Virus record (IMG/VR): IMGVR_UViG_3300020463_001735
Span: 1 to 64,000 of that record
Strand: one strand, 5' to 3'
DNA length: 64,000 nt
From: a virus
In this document: positions 1 through 8,065 of the stretch, piece after piece
Layout of the letters: each line of letters opens with the position of its first letter
Position numbering within the stretch: the stretch's first letter is position 1
Made by a program: the position numbers and the translations under genes
The notes under the pieces: model-generated
The model's database searches: none
Told to the model about the DNA's origin: nothing
What the model saw: the letters and a program-made list of their open reading frames with translations, nothing else

Positions 1-291
1 GATAAGGCAATAAAGCCAGAAAAGGTTGGTGAATATTATGATCTTAGTCAAAAAGGACAACTAAAGTTTGTTGTTGGCAATAGTGATGAACAGTGGGAAG
101 AAATGGAAAGTGTAATTGCACAAATGAGACAAGCAGGTGTAAAGTGGCCTGTGTGGGTTATGCCGGTTGGTGCAAGATCAGAAGAACAAGAAGCAACAGC
201 AGGTGATGTTGCGGCTAGAGCCTTTAAACGTGGTTATAACGTAGCGGCCCGTGTACATGTTTACTTGTTTGGTAATGCAATAGGAACTTAA
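1..291 (+). CDS. queE: 7-carboxy-7-deazaguanine synthase QueE-like radical SAM protein, C-terminal part (5' truncated by window)
   Basis: Frame is open from base 1 (DKAIKPEKVGEYYDLSQKGQLKFVVGN...VWVMPVG...RVHVYLFGNAIGT); LKFVV, xMP and RxHxxxxG are typical of the QueE C-terminus. The CxxxCxxC motif is outside the window. Confidence 0.75.
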   Translation, partial: DKAIKPEKVGEYYDLSQKGQLKFVVGNSDEQWEEMESVIAQMRQAGVKWPVWVMPVGARSEEQEATAGDVAARAFKRGYNVAARVHVYLFGNAIGT

Positions 292-292
292 T

Positions 293-469
293 ATGATAAA
301 ATATATAAAAAATCTATTTAAAAGTAAGCCAGCAAAGAAGCCATACCACCCGCCTTATCCACAAGACGAACTTAATAATATACGTGAATATAAAAATCTA
401 CAACATGAAAAAGCAATGAAGGCAGAAATAAAAGATCCTTCAGATAATTTAAGAAAGGCAGGACTATGA
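293..469 (+). CDS. small hypothetical protein (58 aa), absent from the ORF track
   Basis: ATG 1 nt after the queE stop; reads MIKYIKNLFKSKPAKKPYHPPYPQDELNNIREYKNLQHEKAMKAEIKDPSDNLRKAGL; its TGA overlaps the next ATG (ATGA), filling the gap exactly. Confidence 0.7.
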   Translation: MIKYIKNLFKSKPAKKPYHPPYPQDELNNIREYKNLQHEKAMKAEIKDPSDNLRKAGL

Positions 470-870
470 AAAATTTTATGAAAAAGATTACTGGACTTGG
501 CAAAGAGCAAGAAAAATTAGATGCTGACAAAAAAGAACTTGCTAAACAAGAAGAAGAACTTATTAAAAAACGTGATCCTAAAGAATATGCTACACGTAAG
601 AAAGAACCTTGGGTCGGTGTCTTAGATGTAAAAGTAAATGAAAAGAATGTTCGTAATGGATTTTTTGAATTAGATTGGAACAAATATTTTATTAAACAAC
701 TTATTGATGCAGGATATGGTGTTGCTAACGATGATGAAGAAGAAATTGTAGATCGTTGGTTCAGAGATATTGTTGGAAATATTTTGGGCGAAGAAGGACT
801 TGACAAAGACCGCGGATCGGGTTATATTAATGTAGTACCTATAAGTAAGGGAAAGAGTGAAATAAGTTGA
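466..870 (+). CDS. hypothetical phage protein
   Basis: 134 aa, AGGA Shine-Dalgarno, coupled to both neighbours; EPWV...GFFELDWN...IVDRWF core. Confidence 0.8.
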   Translation: MKNFMKKITGLGKEQEKLDADKKELAKQEEELIKKRDPKEYATRKKEPWVGVLDVKVNEKNVRNGFFELDWNKYFIKQLIDAGYGVANDDEEEIVDRWFRDIVGNILGEEGLDKDRGSGYINVVPISKGKSEIS

Positions 871-1568
871 CACAAATAGAATACTTTGGGTTATTAGAAG
901 GAATGCAAGGACAAACGATGCCATACGAGCTCGATTGTCTAGTACAAGAACCAGTTCCTGCACTAAAGTATTTACGTAGTATAGCTGAATTAAAAAGTCT
1001 AATGTGTCCTGTAGTGCAAGATTACTTACAAAATGTATTTGTAATTACAAGCCCTTTAGATTGGACTATACGCAGATTAGACGATAAAAGTTTTGAAATA
1101 TTAAATGATAAAAAAGGAAAACCTTTAGATGGATTTATTCAGATAGGTGGTGCAGAACCTGGATTACTATATGGACAACCTATGATACATTTTAACTTGC
1201 AATATCATTTTATTACAAAACAGCCAAATGTAATAATGGAAGTATTAAATGTGCCTTTGGTAGATATTCGGTTGACAAATGTAATAGGAGAGTATAATAT
1301 TAGTAAATGGATACATCCTACAAACTTTTGTTTTTTTATGAGTAATGATGTAGATACAATAAGTTTTAAACGTGGTGATCCGTTAATGGCTGTAAAATTT
1401 AGAACCAATGACAGAGTAAAACTAGTAGAAGTGCTTGATACAGATAGAAGAAATAAAATACGTGATGAAGCCCAACGAGGTATGAGTATAAAGGATTACT
1501 ATCCTAAAATACCACTAAGACAAAGTTTTGAACTGTTTACAAAAAGAATGAGGAATCTTTGGCAATGA
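867..1568 (+). CDS. hypothetical protein (beta-rich; start uncertain, TTG 867 or a downstream ATG)
   Basis: Long ORF with CP..QDY and FKRGDPL motifs; no confident family. Confidence 0.65.
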   Translation: MTQIEYFGLLEGMQGQTMPYELDCLVQEPVPALKYLRSIAELKSLMCPVVQDYLQNVFVITSPLDWTIRRLDDKSFEILNDKKGKPLDGFIQIGGAEPGLLYGQPMIHFNLQYHFITKQPNVIMEVLNVPLVDIRLTNVIGEYNISKWIHPTNFCFFMSNDVDTISFKRGDPLMAVKFRTNDRVKLVEVLDTDRRNKIRDEAQRGMSIKDYYPKIPLRQSFELFTKRMRNLWQ

Positions 1569-2551
1569 GTACATATATTCTTGTAGATACTGCAAACACA
1601 TTTTTCCGTGCAAGACATGTAGTGCGTGGGGATCTTGATACAAAGGTAGGTATGGCTTTACATATCACTCTAAATAGTATTAGGAAAGCATGGAAAGACT
1701 TTGATGCAGATCATGTTGTATTTTGTTTAGAAGGACGTAGTTGGCGTAAAGATTATTATGAACCATACAAACGTAATCGACAAGAAACACGGGATGCAAT
1801 GACTCCCTCCCAGCAAGAAGAAGATACAGTTTTTTGGGAGATATTTGATGAATTTAAAGATTTTATTCATACAAAGACTAATTGCACAATGATACAACAC
1901 AAACAGTTAGAAGCAGATGATTTAATTGCAGGTTGGGTACATAATCATCCTAAAGACAATCATGTAATTATTAGTACAGATGGTGATTTTGCACAACTTA
2001 TTGCACCCAATGTTAAACAATATAACGGTGTAAGTAATACAACTATTACACATAATGGATACTTTGACGACAAAGGTAAAGAAGTAATAGATAAAAAAAC
2101 TAAACTACCTAGAGAAAAACCTAATCCAGAATGGCAACTGTTTGAGAAATGCATGCGTGGCGATACAAGTGATAATGTTTTTAGTGCCTATCCTGGTGTA
2201 CGTAAAAAAGGTACACGTAATAAAGTTGGCTTAATAGAAGCATTTGATGATAAAAATACAAAAGGTTATAATTGGAATAATCTTATGTTACAACGTTGGG
2301 TAGATCATAACGGACAAGAACATCGTGTATTAGATGATTATAATAGAAATGTTATACTATGCGATCTTACTGCACAACCTAACGAAGTAAAAGAACTAAT
2401 TAATAATACCATTGGTACAGTAGAAACAAAAAATATTACGCAAGTAGGTATGCGTTTATTAAAGTTCTGTGCTAAATGGGATATGCAACGTATCGCAGAT
2501 CAAGCGGCACAATATGCACAACCACTACAGGCGAGGTATGAAAATGATTAA
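1559..2551 (+). CDS. rnh: T4-like RNase H / 5'-3' flap exonuclease
   Basis: FEN/5' nuclease acidic motifs ILVD, SWRKDYYEPYKRNR, EADDLIA, ISTDGDFAQL, GDTSDNV. Confidence 0.9.
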   Translation: MAMSTYILVDTANTFFRARHVVRGDLDTKVGMALHITLNSIRKAWKDFDADHVVFCLEGRSWRKDYYEPYKRNRQETRDAMTPSQQEEDTVFWEIFDEFKDFIHTKTNCTMIQHKQLEADDLIAGWVHNHPKDNHVIISTDGDFAQLIAPNVKQYNGVSNTTITHNGYFDDKGKEVIDKKTKLPREKPNPEWQLFEKCMRGDTSDNVFSAYPGVRKKGTRNKVGLIEAFDDKNTKGYNWNNLMLQRWVDHNGQEHRVLDDYNRNVILCDLTAQPNEVKELINNTIGTVETKNITQVGMRLLKFCAKWDMQRIADQAAQYAQPLQARYEND

Positions 2552-3005
2552 GGCGAAAGAAGTCCTAAAAGATAAGTTTTGGATAGTTGAAGAACATGGT
2601 GAAAATGTTGCAACTATTTCATGGGATAAAGAAAACTATATTGTAAACCAAAAAGGTGTTACACGTTTGTTTCAAACACAAAGTGAGATAAGCGAAAACT
2701 TAGGTAAAAAAATATTTTTTGATAAGTTAGATATCAAAGAAGAAATACCTTTAGAAGCACATGGATTCCCTACAAGTTGTACACCGTATAATACTGTACT
2801 AGATGTTAAACGCAGATTACCTTTATTTACAAAGAGTAATAAGTCTAAAAGTTTATATTGTGCAGGGTTTTATATTATACATTTTGATAAAGGCTGGGTC
2901 AAGAGTTTTTGTCCTAAGTTGATTACAATTGAAAGATACGAAACACAAGGTCCATTTAAAACTAAATTAGAAATGAAAACGGCACTAAGCAATGCAAACA
3001 AATGA
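2544..3005 (+). CDS. hypothetical phage protein
   Basis: Start reassigned to ATG 2544 (GAGGT SD upstream, overlaps rnh stop); LFTKS..SKSLYCAGFY..GW..SFCPKLIT. Confidence 0.75.
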   Translation: MIKAKEVLKDKFWIVEEHGENVATISWDKENYIVNQKGVTRLFQTQSEISENLGKKIFFDKLDIKEEIPLEAHGFPTSCTPYNTVLDVKRRLPLFTKSNKSKSLYCAGFYIIHFDKGWVKSFCPKLITIERYETQGPFKTKLEMKTALSNANK

Positions 3006-3231
3006 ACCACTTAATACATCAAGCATACAAGCGTTTATACAGCAGGTAAAAGGTGCTGAAGCTAGTAGAGCTAAAGACATACGTATGGACATTACACAAG
3101 CAAAAAACCTTGCTTTTACACTAGGAATTGTAATGGCAAGGTTAAACGGCGATTTAGAGCAAATAATTGCTAACAAAAGTAATGCAGATGAAACTGTAGA
3201 AGTTCAACTAGACGGCGGATCAAGCTGGTAA
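2992..3231 (+). CDS. hypothetical protein
   Basis: 79-aa ORF overlapping the upstream stop; ends in the LDGGSSW tail. Confidence 0.7.
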   Translation: MQTNEPLNTSSIQAFIQQVKGAEASRAKDIRMDITQAKNLAFTLGIVMARLNGDLEQIIANKSNADETVEVQLDGGSSW

Positions 3232-3236
3232 AAAAG

Positions 3237-3243
3237 ATAAATA
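3237..3243 (+). promoter_or_regulatory. T4-type late promoter core ATAAATA
   Basis: ATAAATA in the short intergenic gap upstream of 3270; the same motif recurs in most intergenic gaps. Confidence 0.6.
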
Positions 3244-3269
3244 TATGCGTATATAACTAAGGAACGCAT

Positions 3270-3557
3270 ATGAGCAGACCAAAGCCTACTGTCTTATTAG
3301 AAACAATAGATAAAAAAACATATAAAGCAGACCAAGTTCTTAAAGCTGAAGCTATTTGGGCAGTATTTTATAAAGATGCTCCTTTCAATCTCAAAAGTTC
3401 TAACATTCTTACAAACTATCCTGGACCTAAATATAAAAAAGTAAGTTTTTCAAATCCAGGACATGCATTAAATTTAGCAAAAAAGTTGAACGAAACATTC
3501 GCTACTGAAGATTTTACGGTTGTAAAACTTACAGAAGGCGAAATTGTAGCAGAATGA
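3270..3557 (+). CDS. hypothetical phage protein
   Basis: AAGGA SD; MSRPKP...PGPKYKKVSFSNPGHA. Confidence 0.8.
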   Translation: MSRPKPTVLLETIDKKTYKADQVLKAEAIWAVFYKDAPFNLKSSNILTNYPGPKYKKVSFSNPGHALNLAKKLNETFATEDFTVVKLTEGEIVAE

Positions 3558-3937
3558 ACTGGAAAGAAACCTATACAAAAGTTTTTTTGAAGCAAAAAGG
3601 TAAAGCTATTAGTGAAGTGACGCTAAAGCAATACATGTCTGAATGGTGGCAAAACACAAGAGCTAAAGAACAAGGTGGATTACGACTTACAGATGCAGGC
3701 TTTGAATTTGTACGCAATGAATTAGATCTTGCAACATATGATGTGCCTTTTCCTAAAGACTTTGAAATGACTACTAACACCATCATTTGGTTAGACCAAT
3801 TTATAACTTGTCCTTACTACCTTTTCCGCAATAGCATAGTAGTATTAGACGAAAGAAAAGCAATGGAATTACATTTGTTTTCAGGTGATATAAAAAAATA
3901 CGGTTTAACAAAAGCTATGAATAGACATAAAAATTAA
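3554..3937 (+). CDS. hypothetical phage protein
   Basis: ATGA-coupled; WWQN...GGLRLTDAG...CPYY. Confidence 0.8.
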   Translation: MNWKETYTKVFLKQKGKAISEVTLKQYMSEWWQNTRAKEQGGLRLTDAGFEFVRNELDLATYDVPFPKDFEMTTNTIIWLDQFITCPYYLFRNSIVVLDERKAMELHLFSGDIKKYGLTKAMNRHKN

Positions 3938-3957
3938 ACATTTTGGCAAAAAAGAGG

Positions 3958-3986
3958 TTGACCTTTACTGCTAACTATAGTATATT
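3958..3986 (+). promoter_or_regulatory. sigma70-type promoter
   Basis: TTGACC-N17-TATATT upstream of the AAA ATPase. Confidence 0.7.
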
Positions 3987-4036
3987 AATAGAGTAAGTTA
4001 AACATTAGCACTGATTAACAAGAAAAGGAATACACT

Positions 4037-5122
4037 ATGGAAGCAGTAGCAACACGTACAGTTTCGCCTAATCGAGCAAAAAAGTCGATTACACGAGCTT
4101 TTAAGAAAAAACGTCCAATATTTTTATGGGGTCCTCCAGGTATTGGTAAGTCAGACATTGTGCATCAAATTGGTTATGGAATGGATGCATATGTTATTGA
4201 CGTAAGACTTTCGCTTTGGGAACCTACAGATATCAAAGGTATTCCATATTATGCCGCAAATGACAACAGTATGCAATGGGCGGCTCCAGCAGAACTTCCA
4301 ACTTTAGCACTTGCTAAAAAACACAAATGGATTATTTTGTTCTTGGACGAAATGAATTCAGCGGCTCCTGCGGTGCAGGCGGCAGCTTATCAACTTATTC
4401 TTAATCGTAAAGTAGGGCAATATACATTACCAGATAACGTGCTTATCGTAGCCGCTGGTAACAGAGAAGCTGACAAAGGTGTTACATATAGAATGCCTGC
4501 TCCGTTGGCTAACAGATTTGTACACTTGGAACTAGCAGTTGACTTTGACGATTGGTTTCAGTGGGCTGTTGATAACAATCAGCATAAAGATGTTGTAGGT
4601 TATCTACAGTTTGCAAAAAAAGACTTGTATGACTTTGATCCTAAGTCACCAAGTCGTTCGTTCGCAACACCCCGTTCTTGGTCTTTTGTATCAGAACTGT
4701 TAGATGATGAGGACGATGAAGAAACACTTACAGATCTTGTTTCAGGTTCTGTTGGTGAAGGATTGGCTGTGAAGTTTATGGCACACAGAAAAGTTGCAAG
4801 TCAAATGCCTAACCCTACAGACATTCTTGCTGGTAAGGTTAGTGAGCTTAAGGCAACAGAAATCAGTGCTATGTATTCCTTAACTGTCTCACTTTGTTAT
4901 GAGCTAAAAGAAGCACATGACAAAAATAGCTCTAAGTTTGACGCTATGGTAAACAACTTTTTACGTTTTGCTATGGATAACTTTGAAACTGAACTGGTTG
5001 TAATGGGTATAAAACTTGCTCTTACGCAATATGCACTACCTATTGATCCAGATGAAGTTGAGTGCTTTGATGAATTTCATGAGCGTTTTGGCAAGTATAT
5101 TACTGCCGCACAAAGCGCCTAA
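4037..5122 (+). CDS. MoxR/dynein-related AAA+ ATPase
   Basis: Walker A GPPGIGKS, Walker B ILFLDEMN, sensor AAGN, PLANRF arginine finger, TPRSW. Confidence 0.9.
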   Translation: MEAVATRTVSPNRAKKSITRAFKKKRPIFLWGPPGIGKSDIVHQIGYGMDAYVIDVRLSLWEPTDIKGIPYYAANDNSMQWAAPAELPTLALAKKHKWIILFLDEMNSAAPAVQAAAYQLILNRKVGQYTLPDNVLIVAAGNREADKGVTYRMPAPLANRFVHLELAVDFDDWFQWAVDNNQHKDVVGYLQFAKKDLYDFDPKSPSRSFATPRSWSFVSELLDDEDDEETLTDLVSGSVGEGLAVKFMAHRKVASQMPNPTDILAGKVSELKATEISAMYSLTVSLCYELKEAHDKNSSKFDAMVNNFLRFAMDNFETELVVMGIKLALTQYALPIDPDEVECFDEFHERFGKYITAAQSA

Positions 5123-5134
5123 GCCAAAAAGAGT

Positions 5135-5162
5135 TGGGCGATCTCTCCAAAACGCCCATTTT
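5135..5162 (+). terminator. possible intrinsic terminator
   Basis: TGGGCG-N12-CGCCCA followed by TTTT, just after the AAA stop; the long loop and short U-tract weaken the call. Confidence 0.4.
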
Positions 5163-5165
5163 CAC

Positions 5166-5194
5166 TTGACTTTCGTGTTAAAAGATTGTACTAT
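5166..5194 (+). promoter_or_regulatory. sigma70-type promoter
   Basis: TTGACT-N17-TACTAT upstream of ATG 5225. Confidence 0.7.
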
Positions 5195-5224
5195 ATAAGT
5201 ATAGTAACAAAAAGGATATATCCT

Positions 5225-6535
5225 ATGTCAGCTAAAAAAACAGAAACTAAACTAAAAAATTGGCAACCCGATCCAAAAATTACTAAAGAACAATTGGAAG
5301 AAATGCGTGTTGAGGTTGTAGAACGCATTATTATTGCTCGTGTTGGTTTGTTATTACGTCATCCATGGTTCGGTAACATGGCCACAAGATTACGTATTGT
5401 TTCAGCAGATGATTGGTTAATGACTGCCGCAGTTGACGGTAGAAACTTATTTTTTAATACACAATTCTTTAATGCAATGGGCAATAAAGAAATTGAGTTT
5501 GTAATTGCACACGAAATACTACATTTAGTATTTGATCATCTAGGACGTAGAGATAGTAGAAATCCTAAACTGTATAATATTGCCGCAGATTATAAAGTAA
5601 ACAATACTTTAGTTAGAGATCGTATAGGAGAAAAGCCTAAGATTGTAGATTGTTATCAAGACTTTAAATATGAATCATGGACATCAGAAGAAATCTACGA
5701 TGAAATTTATGAAACTGCAAAGAAGAATGGAGAAGAGTTCTTAAAAGAACTTGGCGAAATGCTAGATGAACATCTTGATCCTCAAGGCAAAGAAGGTGAA
5801 GAAGGTTCTAGTCAAGACGGCAAAGATAAAAATGGGAACAATGTAAGCAAGGGCAAGCCGAAATATACAAAAGAAGAAATTGCACAAATAAAAGATGAAA
5901 TTAAAGAAGGTATGCTACAGGCCGCTCAAAGTGCAGGAGCAGGTAATGTACCCGGTGAAGTTGCACGTTTGATTCAACAACTTACTGAACCTAAAATGAA
6001 TTGGCGTGAGCTTATAAGGCAACAGATACAATCTACAATTAGAAATGATTACACATTTAGCCGTCCTTCACGTAAAGGTTGGCACACAGGAGCAATATTA
6101 CCAGGTATGAATTTCATGGACACTATTGATATTGCAGTTTCGATCGATATGAGTGGTTCTATAGGTAATGAACAAGCACAGGACTTCTTAGGCGAAATAA
6201 AAGGCATAATGGAAGAATTTAAAGATTACAAAATTAAACTTTGGACTTTTGATACTAAAGTATATAATGAAGAAGACTTTAGTGCTGATGATGGAAAAGA
6301 CTTATTAGACTATGAAATATTTGGCGGTGGCGGTACTGACTTTGATTGTAATTGGTCATACATGAAAGATCAGGATATTGTTCCAAGTAAATTTATTATG
6401 TTTACAGATGGTTATCCGTGGGATAGCTGGGGTGACGCAGACTATTGTGATACTATATTTGTAATACATAGTAATTCAGACAAGAACTTACAAGCACCTT
6501 TTGGTGCAACTGCACACTATGATCAGGCGGCATGA
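5225..6535 (+). CDS. HExxH metallopeptidase-like + vWA domain protein (DUF2201-type), AAA partner
   Basis: TAAVDG, HEILH zinc motif, NIAADY, acidic linker, MIDAS DMSGS, GGGTDF, FTDG; start moved to ATG 5225 (AAGGA SD). Confidence 0.85.
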   Translation: MSAKKTETKLKNWQPDPKITKEQLEEMRVEVVERIIIARVGLLLRHPWFGNMATRLRIVSADDWLMTAAVDGRNLFFNTQFFNAMGNKEIEFVIAHEILHLVFDHLGRRDSRNPKLYNIAADYKVNNTLVRDRIGEKPKIVDCYQDFKYESWTSEEIYDEIYETAKKNGEEFLKELGEMLDEHLDPQGKEGEEGSSQDGKDKNGNNVSKGKPKYTKEEIAQIKDEIKEGMLQAAQSAGAGNVPGEVARLIQQLTEPKMNWRELIRQQIQSTIRNDYTFSRPSRKGWHTGAILPGMNFMDTIDIAVSIDMSGSIGNEQAQDFLGEIKGIMEEFKDYKIKLWTFDTKVYNEEDFSADDGKDLLDYEIFGGGGTDFDCNWSYMKDQDIVPSKFIMFTDGYPWDSWGDADYCDTIFVIHSNSDKNLQAPFGATAHYDQAA

Positions 6536-6810
6536 TTAAAGACAAACCCAATGTGTTAAATTTCTTTGGTATTAGAAAAATGAAGGTTCCGCCTCCTCAT
6601 TTTGAATATATGGTTATACCTCAGAAATATAACTTAGAAGTAAGCCTTGATAAATGGATATCACAAAATTTAAGAGGCAGATATTATCTAGGCACTACTT
6701 TAGCAGTAGCTGAAGCTAATGGACTAGATACAAGGTTAAAAGTAGGATTTGAAGATGCTAAAGAATTAAGTTATTTCACTTTGGCGTGTCCACTTTTAAA
6801 GTATAATTAA
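6532..6810 (+). CDS. hypothetical phage protein
   Basis: ATGA-coupled; VGFEDAKELSYF C-terminus. Confidence 0.75.
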   Translation: MIKDKPNVLNFFGIRKMKVPPPHFEYMVIPQKYNLEVSLDKWISQNLRGRYYLGTTLAVAEANGLDTRLKVGFEDAKELSYFTLACPLLKYN

Positions 6811-6847
6811 ATAAAGTGCGTATATATACAATATAGGAGATAAAAAT

Positions 6848-7096
6848 ATGGCAGAAAAAGCCGAAACAGAAGTTGTACAAGAAACGCCTGCACCAGCAAC
6901 GGCAACACCTGCGCCTGATGCACAAAACACTGAACTTACTGTAAACGACTTAAATAATATAAAACAAATTATTGATGTTGCAAGTTCACGTGGCGCATTT
7001 CGTCCTAATGAAATGATGACTATAGGCCAAGTGTATAACAAATTAGAAACATTTTTAGCAACAGTGGCACAACAACAGCCGCCACAAGGAGAATAA
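6848..7096 (+). CDS. hypothetical phage protein
   Basis: AGGAG SD; P/A-rich N-terminus followed by LTVNDL..IIDVASSRGAF. Confidence 0.8.
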   Translation: MAEKAETEVVQETPAPATATPAPDAQNTELTVNDLNNIKQIIDVASSRGAFRPNEMMTIGQVYNKLETFLATVAQQQPPQGE

Positions 7097-7097
7097 A

Positions 7098-7715
7098 ATG
7101 GCATTAAAACATATTGGTAGACTAGGTGATACCAAAAAGAAATGTGCTGTCGTTTACCGAGTAGTTCCAGGTGAGCCGAACAGTGCAGTAATTGTAATGA
7201 CTGAAAGTCTTGCCGCAGAAGAACATGATTCATTAATGAAACTAATTGAATCTCCTGCAGGCCAGGATGCATATGAACTAGGAGAATCAATGGCAAGGGC
7301 AACTTTACCAGACGGTAGAATTATGCTTTCTGCTTTTCATGCAACAGGCAAAATGAATAAAGTTGATTCAGCAAGAGTAGAAATGATTCCGAATTCGTCA
7401 ACTACTGTAAATCTGCAAGAGCTTAATAGAAATATTGCAGAACAACAAGGTGTAAGTATAGCTGACCTTGCACTCAAAGGACCTGATGGTAAACCAGTAC
7501 CAGATCAGACAGCACCAAAAGTTGATGCCGCCGCTATGTATACAGACGAAGTTGCAACAGATGACAGTGTTCTAAGTGATGAACAACTAGCATCCTCTTA
7601 CCGTAGTCAAGCAGATAGGCTTTTTAAAGAAGCAAAAGTCTTACGTGAACAAGCAGAAGAACTTGTTCCGACTAAGCGGAAGAAAGCAACTGCTAATGCC
7701 ACCGAAGAAGGATAA
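7098..7715 (+). CDS. hypothetical phage protein
   Basis: AAGGAG SD; 205 aa with a C-terminal coiled coil. Confidence 0.8.
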   Translation: MALKHIGRLGDTKKKCAVVYRVVPGEPNSAVIVMTESLAAEEHDSLMKLIESPAGQDAYELGESMARATLPDGRIMLSAFHATGKMNKVDSARVEMIPNSSTTVNLQELNRNIAEQQGVSIADLALKGPDGKPVPDQTAPKVDAAAMYTDEVATDDSVLSDEQLASSYRSQADRLFKEAKVLREQAEELVPTKRKKATANATEEG

Positions 7716-8016
7716 ACTTTCGAGAGGTGTGCAAAGTACATGGCCGGAGGTATTCAAGGACATCAAAGTTGATGTTATTCCAATAGAATATCTCACAACT
7801 ATAAGAGTCATTTTTAAAGATAATAAAGTTTGGGAAATAGATATGCAATCTTCTAGAAATAAACTAGGAGATGATAAAGTTTTGGAAGATGTACTACAAG
7901 AATTATTCAACGAATATGAAAATAGTATAGGAAATATAGACTTTAGACTCGATACAGAACGATTAAAAAATGATATACAAAAGCGAACTCGTGTGTTTAT
8001 GAAGAAAGGCAAATGA
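7696..8016 (+). CDS. hypothetical phage protein
   Basis: Likely start ATG 7696; WPEVF..IPIEYL...IDFRLD. Confidence 0.7.
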   Translation: MPPKKDKLSRGVQSTWPEVFKDIKVDVIPIEYLTTIRVIFKDNKVWEIDMQSSRNKLGDDKVLEDVLQELFNEYENSIGNIDFRLDTERLKNDIQKRTRVFMKKGK

Positions 8017-8027
8017 ACTTAAAAGGC

Positions 8028-8034
8028 ATAAATA
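8028..8034 (+). promoter_or_regulatory. late promoter core ATAAATA
   Basis: Intergenic, upstream of a structural gene with an AGGAG SD. Confidence 0.6.
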
Positions 8035-8065
8035 TACATAGCAGAACGAATCCAGGAGTATAGTA

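Noticed and set aside
372-806. 144-aa minus-strand ORF, and the many other short antisense ORFs across the window
   Set aside because: They are shadows of well-supported, tightly coupled genes on the opposite strand and have no motifs or RBS.
867-897. TTGACA as a -35 box
   Set aside because: No acceptable -10 hexamer at 16-18 nt spacing; it may simply be a TTG start overlapping the TGA stop.
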